Virus record (IMG/VR): IMGVR_UViG_3300046832_003565
Strand: one strand, 5' to 3'
DNA length: 64,000 nucleotides
Source: an uncultured virus (IMG/VR IMGVR_UViG_3300046832_003565)
Taxonomy: Duplodnaviria > Heunggongvirae > Uroviricota > Caudoviricetes
A program made the translations under genes and the position numbers. Position 1 is the stretch's first letter. Each line of letters starts with the position of its first letter. Below are positions 38,966 to 47,386 of this stretch, piece by piece. The notes beneath the pieces are model-generated. The model saw only the letters and a list, made by a program, of their open reading frames with translations, searched no databases and had not been told where the DNA came from.

Positions 38966-39442
38966 CTAATCAAGTGCCACATATTCTAAAAACAATTCTG
39001 TGGATTTTTTATCTTTGATGCCTAGTGAAATCATTTGCTTGGCTATTTCCGAGGGTTTTTCATTCAAGGATACTAATTTTTGGATATACTCATAGTAGGT
39101 GACATTTTTCGAAATCACTTTGTTATAGTAATCGTCTTGCAGACAAATCTTAGCACAAGTGATAGAAATCCTTTCACCATTTAACTCCTTAGAGAAGATA
39201 TATTCAATCGTGTAGTGGTCTAACTTTAAAACATCTTCAGCAATGTCTTTCAAATGAGAAGAGATTTGATTCCTAATCTTATATAAGTTTGAAATCTTTC
39301 CATACTGGTCAGACATCTTCATAAATGATATAATTCCTGAATAACTAACAATGTTGCCATTCGCAATATTCTTATATACATTCATCACACCATCATGTAT
39401 CTCCGCAGTGCGTGGTCGTCCCCTAAATGGGTTTTGATTCAT
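38966..39442 (-). CDS. Hypothetical protein
   Basis: GGAGG RBS; RGRP motif near the N-terminus. Confidence 0.6.
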   Translation of the reverse strand: MNQNPFRGRPRTAEIHDGVMNVYKNIANGNIVSYSGIISFMKMSDQYGKISNLYKIRNQISSHLKDIAEDVLKLDHYTIEYIFSKELNGERISITCAKICLQDDYYNKVISKNVTYYEYIQKLVSLNEKPSEIAKQMISLGIKDKKSTELFLEYVALD

Positions 39443-39612
39443 AAACTAAATCCTCCAAGTTACATCTTACACTATATCACTAACATTTGCAAGAATTATT
39501 TATTTGCTCAAAAGGCAACTCAGGGATATAATTTATATCCCTGACCAATAAAACAAGCAAAAAAAACTCCTGAAGAAACTAATCCTCAGGAGCTGCGCAT
39601 TATATCACAGGT

Positions 39613-40221
39613 TTACTCATCGAACAAGTCAATAAGGTCTCCTGTGGTGAAATTACCATTGATTTTTTGAGCATCTCCCGCGAGCAATGCTTCTACTAGC
39701 AAAACACGCATGAGCAATGGTTTTACAATCGCGGTGATTTCTCCATAAGTGAATTCTTTCTGAAGATAAATGGAATTGTTCTGATAATAGAATGTATCAA
39801 AATCAGACACTTTGTATTGGAACAATTCACCCAATTCATTTATATCACCGGACATGAATGAAAGGATTGAAACGTCCTTCTGATAAGAACGCAAAACATC
39901 CCATACCCATGCTTGCTTCTTAGGAGAATCACCGGGTGTCAATTTCGAGGAATTTGGGTCATCTTTCTTGGTTGGTTGCAAATACAAACGGTCAACCACC
40001 AAAACCAGTTTCTCATTGTAAACAAATGCTAGAGAACCGCTTTTCGAGAGATTCATAACGCGATGCGAATTTCGAGACTCTCCACGCTTCTTTGCAATCA
40101 TAAACTTATCCACAGTGGTGAGACCTGGAAATCGCCCTTGAAGCTCATCGCAAATGTCATGCAATACATTAGAGAGATTGTCCATGCTTAGCACAGACGA
40201 GACAGTGATTTTATCAGACAT
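39613..40221 (-). CDS. Hypothetical protein
   Basis: AAGGAG RBS before MSDKIT. Confidence 0.65.
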   Translation of the reverse strand: MSDKITVSSVLSMDNLSNVLHDICDELQGRFPGLTTVDKFMIAKKRGESRNSHRVMNLSKSGSLAFVYNEKLVLVVDRLYLQPTKKDDPNSSKLTPGDSPKKQAWVWDVLRSYQKDVSILSFMSGDINELGELFQYKVSDFDTFYYQNNSIYLQKEFTYGEITAIVKPLLMRVLLVEALLAGDAQKINGNFTTGDLIDLFDE

Positions 40222-40316
40222 AACTTTTCTCCTTGTAGATAGTATATCAGGTAAATCCACACTTGCAAGGAAAATATTTATTAGATTTCACAGCTAGAGT
40301 ATGGTAAAATCAAGTC

Positions 40317-40454
40317 ATGGTAGGAACAGTTAAAATAGAATATGGGATGTACAATCTCTACGTGAAAAATGTGTTTTTTAGTAGTACAAAATCATTGGCT
40401 GATTTGAAACAATCTGTGAAAAGATTTGGTCTCTCCGGTTACATTTTTGTTTGA
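40317..40454 (+). CDS. Small hypothetical protein (45 aa, leaderless, not in ORF track)
   Basis: TAAAAT 6 nt before ATG; terminator follows. Confidence 0.45.
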   Translation: MVGTVKIEYGMYNLYVKNVFFSSTKSLADLKQSVKRFGLSGYIFV

Positions 40455-40555
40455 TTTCTAAACCTTGATATTTTTCAAGGTTTTTCTTTTTAACATCTCT
40501 CTATACATTATCTGTTTTACACTTGCTTATTTGATTTATTCCGATACAATACATC

Positions 40556-40801
40556 ATGAAAATAAAAATAGGAGACAACGTCACATGGCGTGGCTCTTGG
40601 GGAACAGCCCCACCAATGGATGCTAAAATTACAGGAATTGAAATAACAGATGCTCCAGAAGAAAAATATGGAATCAATGTTAATGAAGTGGATTTAAAAA
40701 CTGTAAGAGAAAATCGCGTTGTATTTCGTTTAGATAATAACAAATGGTGTTATGGATTTCAGGTGGATGTAAATGACAACAAAAATACTCAAACTAATTA
40801 A
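40556..40801 (+). CDS. Small SH3-like phage protein
   Basis: IKIGDNVTWRGSWG..LDNNKWCYG. Confidence 0.65.
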   Translation: MKIKIGDNVTWRGSWGTAPPMDAKITGIEITDAPEEKYGINVNEVDLKTVRENRVVFRLDNNKWCYGFQVDVNDNKNTQTN

Positions 40802-41030
40802 TATCCTATCGTATTTTACTCGTGCATTTGCATTTTATTTGCTGTATATCAATTCAACTTTTGATTTTAACGGAGCATTTCATTTCAGTGTAGAGATGCC
40901 TTTTATCACATCAGTAATTGTAGCAGTGATTTTTCTTGATTATGTTGGATTTAAATATTACAAGAATCGAAAATTAAACAAGGTGGAAAATGATTATGTC
41001 TTGCGTAATGGTTTTCTGGGTAAGCAATGA
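40773..41030 (+). CDS. Membrane protein, 2 TM
   Basis: Hydrophobic segments. Confidence 0.5.
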   Translation: MTTKILKLINILSYFTRAFAFYLLYINSTFDFNGAFHFSVEMPFITSVIVAVIFLDYVGFKYYKNRKLNKVENDYVLRNGFLGKQ

Positions 41031-41295
41031 CGGTTTTGGCGTAGACCAGTTTGATATAAATACTTTTGATATGCTTATTGAAGATGTAACAGGATTTCAA
41101 TTAGATAAAACAGCAAACAATTTAATAATTAAATATATCGCCAAACGACTCTTAGATACACCATATCATGATATGTTTAATCTTAAATATTCAATACAAG
41201 AATGTCAATATAAATCATTTGTTGATATTTTCAATCGTCATGCAAATAACGGAAATTACTTAGAGGTACTGAATGAAACGCAAAAAGTATGTTGA
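40990..41295 (+). CDS. Hypothetical protein, distant similarity to 26168..26515
   Basis: IEDVTG motif and C-terminal FV..F..HA..G.YL shared. Confidence 0.5.
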   Translation: MIMSCVMVFWVSNDGFGVDQFDINTFDMLIEDVTGFQLDKTANNLIIKYIAKRLLDTPYHDMFNLKYSIQECQYKSFVDIFNRHANNGNYLEVLNETQKVC

Positions 41296-41440
41296 AGACT
41301 TAAACATTGCATCTGGTACAGAAATGATGCGAGCCAGCCAGATGAGACCCACCATCTTTAAAGATAAAACAAAATACAATCGAAAACTAAAACACAAAAA
41401 TCGTCAGGATAAAAATTCTGGCGATTCTTTTTTTTGCTAA
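41273..41440 (+). CDS. ArfA/BrfA-like small basic protein with internal terminator (55 aa, not in ORF track)
   Basis: GAGGT RBS; FKDKTKYNRKLKHKN; 12-bp hairpin 41399-41426 and T8 run lie before the TAA. Confidence 0.6.
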   Translation: MKRKKYVEDLNIASGTEMMRASQMRPTIFKDKTKYNRKLKHKNRQDKNSGDSFFC

Positions 41441-41558
41441 AACCAATTCTCGGGGGTACTAGCTACAAAACCCCCGAAAAATATTTTTGTCAAATTTATT
41501 TTTTTAAATAAAAAAACCTTGACTTTTGTCAAGGCTTGTGATAGGGGAGCAGTATTTA

Positions 41559-41774
41559 TTACTTAATATTAGCTAATTGTTTGTCTTGTTCATATGATGC
41601 CAAACCTACAGCGATATACAAAATTGTTGCTAATGAACACAAAACTAGCAGAAAAAAAGCAGATGTCTCAATACTGTATGTATTATTTGTAAGCTTACAA
41701 TCATTAAGAACAATAAACAAGAAAATCTGCATTGCAATAGCAACAGAAAAGAAAACTTTAGTATACTTTGACAT
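41559..41774 (-). CDS. Membrane protein, 2 TM
   Basis: Hydrophobic segments; start uncertain. Confidence 0.5.
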   Translation of the reverse strand: MSKYTKVFFSVAIAMQIFLFIVLNDCKLTNNTYSIETSAFFLLVLCSLATILYIAVGLASYEQDKQLANIK

Positions 41775-41829
41775 TATATTACCTATTGTATTGGAAGAAA
41801 GTCCCCATGTTTCAGGGGACATAGCCTGA

Positions 41830-42042
41830 TTACTTACCTGCGTTGAGAGCCTTGTACTCTTCATCAACCTTGTTAAGCTTATCTTTCAATTCTTGATGTG
41901 CTTGTTTGATAAGCGTGATTCTTGACTGTTCATTGTGAAAGTCAAATTCCAGATACACTTCTGTCCGAATCATAAACTCTTGGAGAAACATCTCACGCGC
42001 ATATGTTTTGTCTTCAAACGTCATTTTTGTTCTTGTCATCAC
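41830..42042 (-). CDS. Hypothetical protein
   Basis: GGGAG RBS. Confidence 0.6.
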   Translation of the reverse strand: MMTRTKMTFEDKTYAREMFLQEFMIRTEVYLEFDFHNEQSRITLIKQAHQELKDKLNKVDEEYKALNAGK

Positions 42043-42189
42043 CGTTCTCCCTTACGCCTTAAGTATATCAAATTTACACGAGCTTGCCAGCATTTAAGGT
42101 AATAAACAATTATTTAAATGTTTACCCAATTCATTGGCATATGGTGGAAACTTGGCTTATAATAAGACATCACAGACGGAGAAGACACT

Positions 42190-42558
42190 ATGCAAACACT
42201 TATCGACCAACTCACCACCTCAATCGCCAACATCGCCAAGCAGACCACGGTTGTAAACAAGAATCAAGCTTTAGTTACAACTCTCACACTTGAGAAGCTT
42301 GACGCAGAAAACAAGCTTGAATCCAAGACAGCAACCCTCTATGCAGATGGTCTTGTACAAGGTTCAAACGAAGCAACCCGCAAAGCACACCTTGCCACAT
42401 TGCTGGTGGAAGAGGTCAAGACTGTACAGGTTGTAGAAACCAAGATTATCAAAGCAAAGTCCCAACTGGCACAATCTGAGAACACCATTCGTGCTACTAG
42501 AGACACCCTGTATGCCTTGCAAACCATTCTCAAAGTTACCCTGCCACCAGCAGAGTAA
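42190..42558 (+). CDS. Coiled-coil protein
   Basis: GGAG RBS; GSNEATRKA motif. Confidence 0.65.
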   Translation: MQTLIDQLTTSIANIAKQTTVVNKNQALVTTLTLEKLDAENKLESKTATLYADGLVQGSNEATRKAHLATLLVEEVKTVQVVETKIIKAKSQLAQSENTIRATRDTLYALQTILKVTLPPAE

Positions 42559-42751
42559 CCCTCTCCCATCAATCACATCCCTTGGCTCTTGTCAAGGGTT
42601 TTTTTATTTAATTTTTTAATTTGACAAAAATAAAATGCGGCGGTTTTAACCGTATTTACCGCCGAAAAATACATTTGTCAAATTTATTTTTTTCTTGACA
42701 AACTTATTAAAGTATGATAGCTCCCCTTGCGGGGAGCCTTTCATTGCACCA

Positions 42752-43063
42752 TCAAAATAAAAGTGGTTCAAATATCATGGTGTATGTTAATGCTAAATCA
42801 CCATGGTTTTCAAAACACTGTACTATTTCATCTGCATGAGATTGTTCAAAATCTCCTGTTTTTACACCCTTTGGCAATCCCTTTACAATATCTGACAACA
42901 TCCATGTATACTTGATTTCAGTAGCGCAATTTATGGAGTTTCTGAGGTTGAAACTATCAAAGGATTTTATCAACCACTCTATAACGAAATCATTTGCCAC
43001 ATCGCTTACATTATTGCGCATGAAATGTTGCTGAATGTCAACTGTCTTTTGTTCGATAACCAT
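42752..43063 (-). CDS. Hypothetical protein
   Basis: GGGAG RBS, divergent promoter. Confidence 0.6.
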   Translation of the reverse strand: MVIEQKTVDIQQHFMRNNVSDVANDFVIEWLIKSFDSFNLRNSINCATEIKYTWMLSDIVKGLPKGVKTGDFEQSHADEIVQCFENHGDLALTYTMIFEPLLF

Positions 43064-43212
43064 GTCTCTATCTCCCTTACGCTATTATTATATCAAACCT
43101 ACACTATGTTGCAAGCAATAAGTGGAAAATAATATTAATGAAGCTTTACATTATATTATTTGACTTTGGGTAAAGCCTGCTGTATACTATCAGTGTTCAA
43201 GGAGATAAGACA

Positions 43213-43689
43213 ATGAATGTAACCGAAATCGCTCGCATCCTTTCCGCCAAGCAAGGTGGCTCGTTCTACTCCGTAAAGGTAAACCGTCCCGGCAAGGTTC
43301 GCAAGGGCGTTGCAGATAACATTACCAAAGTGTCTGTATTCCAAGGTATGCTGGCAGAATATTCTAACCGCAAGCCTGTGAAGGATGCTGTTGAGGCTGG
43401 TGAGCGCGATGCGCCTGCAATGCCAACATGGGCAGAATCTGTTGAGATTGAAGGTATGCGCTTTTGGCGTAATGTTAAGAATGGCAACCTATACCTTCCA
43501 GTGTGCGTAACTGGAAATCCATCCAAAGCACAATGGTATCGCAACGGTGAGCCTGTAAACCTTGATGATGTCAAGGACGCTCTACTAGCATCAGAATATG
43601 CTACCAAGCCTACCAAGGAGGAGACCGAAGAAAAAGGTCAAGCACTTTTTGTAGCGGTTAGCGTGGACAATATAGAATCGCTAGCCTAA
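43213..43689 (+). CDS. Hypothetical early protein
   Basis: TATACT promoter, AAGGAG RBS, higher-GC biased codons. Confidence 0.75.
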   Translation: MNVTEIARILSAKQGGSFYSVKVNRPGKVRKGVADNITKVSVFQGMLAEYSNRKPVKDAVEAGERDAPAMPTWAESVEIEGMRFWRNVKNGNLYLPVCVTGNPSKAQWYRNGEPVNLDDVKDALLASEYATKPTKEETEEKGQALFVAVSVDNIESLA

Positions 43690-43900
43690 ACCCTACATCA
43701 TATCACAGCCCTTGATGAAAGTCAAGGGTTTTTTATTAAATTATTTAATTTGACAAGCATAAAAATCGGCGGTATTCCCGGCTTGTACCGCCGAAAAATA
43801 TTTTTAGCAAATTTATTTATTTTCTTGACATACTTATTAAAATATGATAGCCCCCCTTGCGGGGAGCTTAGTCTTGACAACTACAAAATATGTGGTAGTG

Positions 43901-44146
43901 CTATGCTACCTTTTCCTTTTCAACATTCTCAGTGGCTCTTTCAATGAGAACGTCCCAGTCAATCAGTTCAAAAGCACACCACATGATGTCACGCTGGTCT
44001 TTGGACAAGCCTTTTGTTAGTTGATTCTGGATGTACCATTTGATATCACTTGTTCCGCCAGCCTTTACCATATTTTCCATTGCTCCCATATAGAGAACAT
44101 TGATATGCCAAGTCATTTTGTTGTACCAGCCGTTGTGTTTGTTCAT
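43901..44146 (-). CDS. Small phage protein (NGW.N..TW family), leaderless
   Basis: HNGWYNKMTW..IDW pattern. Confidence 0.65.
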   Translation of the reverse strand: MNKHNGWYNKMTWHINVLYMGAMENMVKAGGTSDIKWYIQNQLTKGLSKDQRDIMWCAFELIDWDVLIERATENVEKEKVA

Positions 44147-44175
44147 AATTTATTATATCACCTTTTATATACTTG

Positions 44176-44430
44176 TCAGAATATTGTTTTTTTATAATCA
44201 ATTGGTTTTGATTTTTTTTCAAACGATGTAAGCTTCTTATTCTTTACAATCCAACGTCCAACCAATTCACCAGCTGGGTTTTCATCGTCTGCTACATAGA
44301 TTGCACAATAGTCATTATTGTATGCACGAGATAAGATATAGGCTTTGGCTTCCTTAAGGGTTTTTTCAGTTCCAATCGGTCTTGTGCTATTAGGGTCTTG
44401 ACCTAAAATCATTCGGTATATCTTGCTCAT
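44176..44430 (-). CDS. Hypothetical protein, leaderless
   Basis: TATACT 6 nt before ATG. Confidence 0.6.
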   Translation of the reverse strand: MSKIYRMILGQDPNSTRPIGTEKTLKEAKAYILSRAYNNDYCAIYVADDENPAGELVGRWIVKNKKLTSFEKKSKPIDYKKTIF

Positions 44431-44542
44431 GACATCAGTATACCGAATTTACACTATAATGCCACACTTTGGATAAAAATAATTGTAGATTTACATTATA
44501 TAAATTACTTGCAATAAGTAGAATTTGGGATATACTTAATAC

Positions 44543-44707
44543 ATGAACGACCACCCAATGTTTTCACTCTTCGTCACCCAAGCCTATCAGGAACTGTCAA
44601 AGCAAAACCCTGAGATGTCACAAGAAGACCTGATGGAAAATGCTGTTTCACTTGCATATGAAAGATGGGATTCCTACTGTGAATCTCAGCACTTTCAGGA
44701 AGACTAA
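44543..44707 (+). CDS. Small acidic protein (54 aa, leaderless, not in ORF track)
   Basis: TATACT 6 nt before ATG; MNDHPMFSLF...; terminator follows. Confidence 0.55.
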   Translation: MNDHPMFSLFVTQAYQELSKQNPEMSQEDLMENAVSLAYERWDSYCESQHFQED

Positions 44708-44792
44708 ACACTATATCCCTTGATATAAATCAAGGGACTTTTCATTTAAAATATAATTTGCATTACCCTAATATTTGACTTATAATATAAAC

Positions 44793-44885
44793 ATGAATCC
44801 AATCATCATCTTGAACATTCTCGGAATCGTTGTTTTGTTTCTCGGTCTGCTGTCAACTCTGACATTGAATAAGGAGAATAAGTAA
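44793..44885 (+). CDS. 30-aa membrane peptide (leaderless, not in ORF track)
   Basis: MNPIIILNILGIVVLFLGLLS; TATAAT 6 nt before ATG. Confidence 0.5.
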   Translation: MNPIIILNILGIVVLFLGLLSTLTLNKENK

Positions 44886-45034
44886 TGTATAAAGTTATCC
44901 AGTTAAAACAACAAGCACCAGTTGACCCTAAAAATCAATGGTGGTATGTTGCAAAAGATGAAGGTAAGTATTTAAAATTAGTCAAGGAGTTCCGCTCAGT
45001 AGCCGAAGCTGAAGAATTCATAAAACAATTATAA
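44885..45034 (+). CDS. Small protein (49 aa, not in ORF track)
   Basis: AAGGAG RBS, TAATG coupling. Confidence 0.55.
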   Translation: MYKVIQLKQQAPVDPKNQWWYVAKDEGKYLKLVKEFRSVAEAEEFIKQL

Positions 45035-45206
45035 TGTAAGGCTCCCCAAAAGGGGAGCTATCATACTTTAACAATATTGTCAAGGAAAAAAATAAATTTG
45101 CTGAAAATATTTTTCGGCGGTAGCAGCAAAAACCGCCGATTTTTATAACTGTCAAATTAAAAAATTAAATAAAATATCCCTTGACTTTTGCCAAGGGATG
45201 TGGTAA

Positions 45207-45407
45207 CTAGCCTGGTAGGGTTTTGACTAGTAGCAGGTTGTGAGAAGCATGATATGTATACTTGAATCTATCAGTATAGATGCTTCTACCCAAGGTAGCG
45301 ATAACATCTGCCTCAGACATCGATGGAACAAAACCAATCTGCCCAAGGGTGAAGAAATGCATCTGACCTGTTGGCTCTTCAACTTCAACTTTAGTGTTAC
45401 TGTTCAT
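45207..45407 (-). CDS. Hypothetical protein, leaderless
   Basis: Divergent promoter; terminator follows. Confidence 0.55.
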   Translation of the reverse strand: MNSNTKVEVEEPTGQMHFFTLGQIGFVPSMSEADVIATLGRSIYTDRFKYTYHASHNLLLVKTLPG

Positions 45408-45511
45408 GTCTATATATTACAGCCTAGTTTACCTAAAAGCAAGATGTATTTTATAAATAAATATTACACTAATTAATTTGCATATAGTGTATTCTGGGAT
45501 ATACTTAATCT

Positions 45512-45820
45512 ATGAAGCTTGAACAGAACCCATACATTATAAAGTCTATGGTGGTTTGCACAGTGACACCGGAGATTACTAAAGAATTCTATGCTGACCT
45601 TGACACGTCTTACATTTCCAATCTTACTGCGGTAAATTTGCGAAAGTTTGTAGCGGAAGCTTTGCAATCACTTGTGAATTCTGATTTTGTTATTAAGATT
45701 TCAGCTACATTGGAATATACTGTTGGTGACTGTAACCATATGTACCAAGTGATTATTACAGATGAAGGTATTGAAGAATTCAATAGCAATCCAGAAGTGC
45801 CTGAAATGGCAAAGAAATAA
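45512..45820 (+). CDS. Hypothetical protein, leaderless
   Basis: TATACT 6 nt before ATG. Confidence 0.6.
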   Translation: MKLEQNPYIIKSMVVCTVTPEITKEFYADLDTSYISNLTAVNLRKFVAEALQSLVNSDFVIKISATLEYTVGDCNHMYQVIITDEGIEEFNSNPEVPEMAKK

Positions 45821-45870
45821 TTTGACAATATAGAATACTTGGATTATACTATTAGCAAGGAGATAGAATA

Positions 45871-46020
45871 ATGGATTACATTGAAGCAGAACTGGAAGCA
45901 AGAATCTTTCCTAGTGTAGACGTTGACCCGCTAGAATTCTTGGAAGACATTGTAGACGAAGACTTGGAAGATGAAGAAGAAGAAAACCCTTGCCCTGTAG
46001 GCTGGGACGTTATCGACTAA
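45871..46020 (+). CDS. Very acidic 49-aa protein (not in ORF track)
   Basis: Own TTGACA promoter, AAGGAG RBS and terminator; 20 D/E versus 1 basic residue. Confidence 0.6.
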   Translation: MDYIEAELEARIFPSVDVDPLEFLEDIVDEDLEDEEEENPCPVGWDVID

Positions 46021-46151
46021 CTACCATATCCCTTGACAAAAGTCAAGGGTTTTTTATTTGCTAATTAAATTTGACAAAAAAATTTCGCGTGGTATTCTGT
46101 TTTTACCACGACATATATGTTTGGCAAAAATTTATTCTACGGTATAATTAA

Positions 46152-46424
46152 ATGTTGAAAGAACTCCCTATTGAATTACAAAATAGATTACCATTACCCC
46201 CTGATGTATATTTGTTTGTAAATCCTTTAAATGGCAAGCATGCTAAGTTTAAAGACAAAGATGCATTGGCTGTTTTTAAAGATGAATCCACTGGTAGGCG
46301 ATGGGAAATAGTATCCAAAGTGTTAAATACAATGGTAGGCTATTATTGCCCCTGGGAAGAAATGTTAGCTATAGCATCCAATGAAACAGGTGGCAAGTAT
46401 GAATATTTTAGGGATTGTGGTTAA
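46152..46424 (+). CDS. Hypothetical protein
   Basis: 90-aa ORF with a -10 box close upstream. Confidence 0.55.
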   Translation: MLKELPIELQNRLPLPPDVYLFVNPLNGKHAKFKDKDALAVFKDESTGRRWEIVSKVLNTMVGYYCPWEEMLAIASNETGGKYEYFRDCG

Positions 46425-46483
46425 TACATTAATATTATGTGTTGTAATGTGGACTTGTGTGATATTATATATGGCATGGAAGA

Positions 46484-46843
46484 ATGGTAAAGATACTAAA
46501 TAAAACAGACCATGTGATTGCTTTGTGGATAAACAATCAATGGGAAACAATATTTCCAAAAGGCTTTGCAGCAAGATTAGTAGTTGACAAGCTGCCTGTA
46601 GATTTGCATAAAGATTTGAGCATAAAAACCTACAATATAAAAGAGATTAAGTATCTTCCTAGTCAAGAACAAGAAACTATAATAATAGTGGAGCCAGATG
46701 TAGCTAAACATATTTGGAAAACTATTTACAGGGAAGATATATTTTGTTTAGATAATCCAGTGGTCAGGGATGATAAATATAATACCTTGGCATCTATGTC
46801 TTTGTTATGTTATAATAATATTCCTATACAGTATTGTTTATAG
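46484..46843 (+). CDS. Hypothetical phage protein
   Basis: ILNKTDH..AARL..LP..IIV..VRD pattern. Confidence 0.6.
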   Translation: MVKILNKTDHVIALWINNQWETIFPKGFAARLVVDKLPVDLHKDLSIKTYNIKEIKYLPSQEQETIIIVEPDVAKHIWKTIYREDIFCLDNPVVRDDKYNTLASMSLLCYNNIPIQYCL

Positions 46844-46846
46844 TGT

Positions 46847-47110
46847 ATAGGGGGGTGGTAATTCTCCAGGTAGGGGGGGTGGTAAAACATTTTGGGTCCC
46901 ATCTGGATCCGCACCCCCGTCAAATAAAAAGCACATGCCTTCGTCTACCGGGGGCTATTTTTTTAGGTATGGGGGGGTGGTTAAGTTTTTTCCATTTTGC
47001 CCAGGAATAACCATCCTTTTTGTCCCGGTATAGATTAATAATTTTGGGATATAGGGGGGGGTGGCTTAGATTTTTCGAAATTGGGAAATTGTAACCATCC
47101 TTTTTGCCTG
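46847..47110 (+). repeat. Non-coding G-run repeat cluster
   Basis: G6-G8-TGG at 46850, 46873, 46971, 47054; TAACCATCCTTTTTG at 47008 and 47092. Confidence 0.8.
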
Positions 47111-47151
47111 GTTATTGTTAAGTAATTTTAATAGGATAAAAATCTAATTTA

Positions 47152-47373
47152 TTGAATGAAACTATAGTCAATAAAAAACAAAAGATAAATTTTGCATTAG
47201 GGGATTATAGAATGGAAAAATTATCTAAGGACTATCAGAATATTATTTTAAAGATTGCGTTGATTGTTTTGAAAAATGATGCGTTGAGAGTTTTGGTGGC
47301 AGATATGATTAACATTCCTAATTATGTAATTGGGAATTTATTATTTGAATTAAAGAAGATTGACAAGATATAA
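47152..47373 (+). CDS. Hypothetical protein
   Basis: Short ORF; true start may be the internal MEKLS. Confidence 0.4.
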   Translation: MNETIVNKKQKINFALGDYRMEKLSKDYQNIILKIALIVLKNDALRVLVADMINIPNYVIGNLLFELKKIDKI

Positions 47374-47386
47374 AAAAAGGGAGATT

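Larger units (their letters stand above)
14801..46127. repeat. Dispersed family of 25 bipartite palindromic elements (52-61 bp)
   Basis: Copies at 14801-14856, 16314-16369, 18490-18545, 19844-19901, 22511-22568, 23358-23413, 23950-24005, 24693-24748, 25439-25496, 26836-26892, 27677-27734, 29671-29726, 32027-32083, 33821-33877, 34850-34910, 35951-36007, 36992-37043, 37434-37489, 38325-38385, 39504-39560, 41434-41493, 42621-42681, 43750-43810, 45098-45155, 46071-46127. Confidence 0.93.

Noticed and set aside
14801..46127. CRISPR array
   Set aside because: Repeats are degenerate and 0.4-2.7 kb apart with whole genes between; no 30-40 bp spacers and no cas genes
14801..46127. Canonical integron attC array
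   Set aside because: No RYYYAAC/GTTRRRY ends, no intI-like integrase in the window, and the units carry their own promoters in both orientations
14801..46127. Palindromes as ordinary terminators or -35 boxes
   Set aside because: Separate hairpin-plus-T-run terminators and promoters usually lie beside them, and the symmetric 16-bp geometry is not a terminator feature
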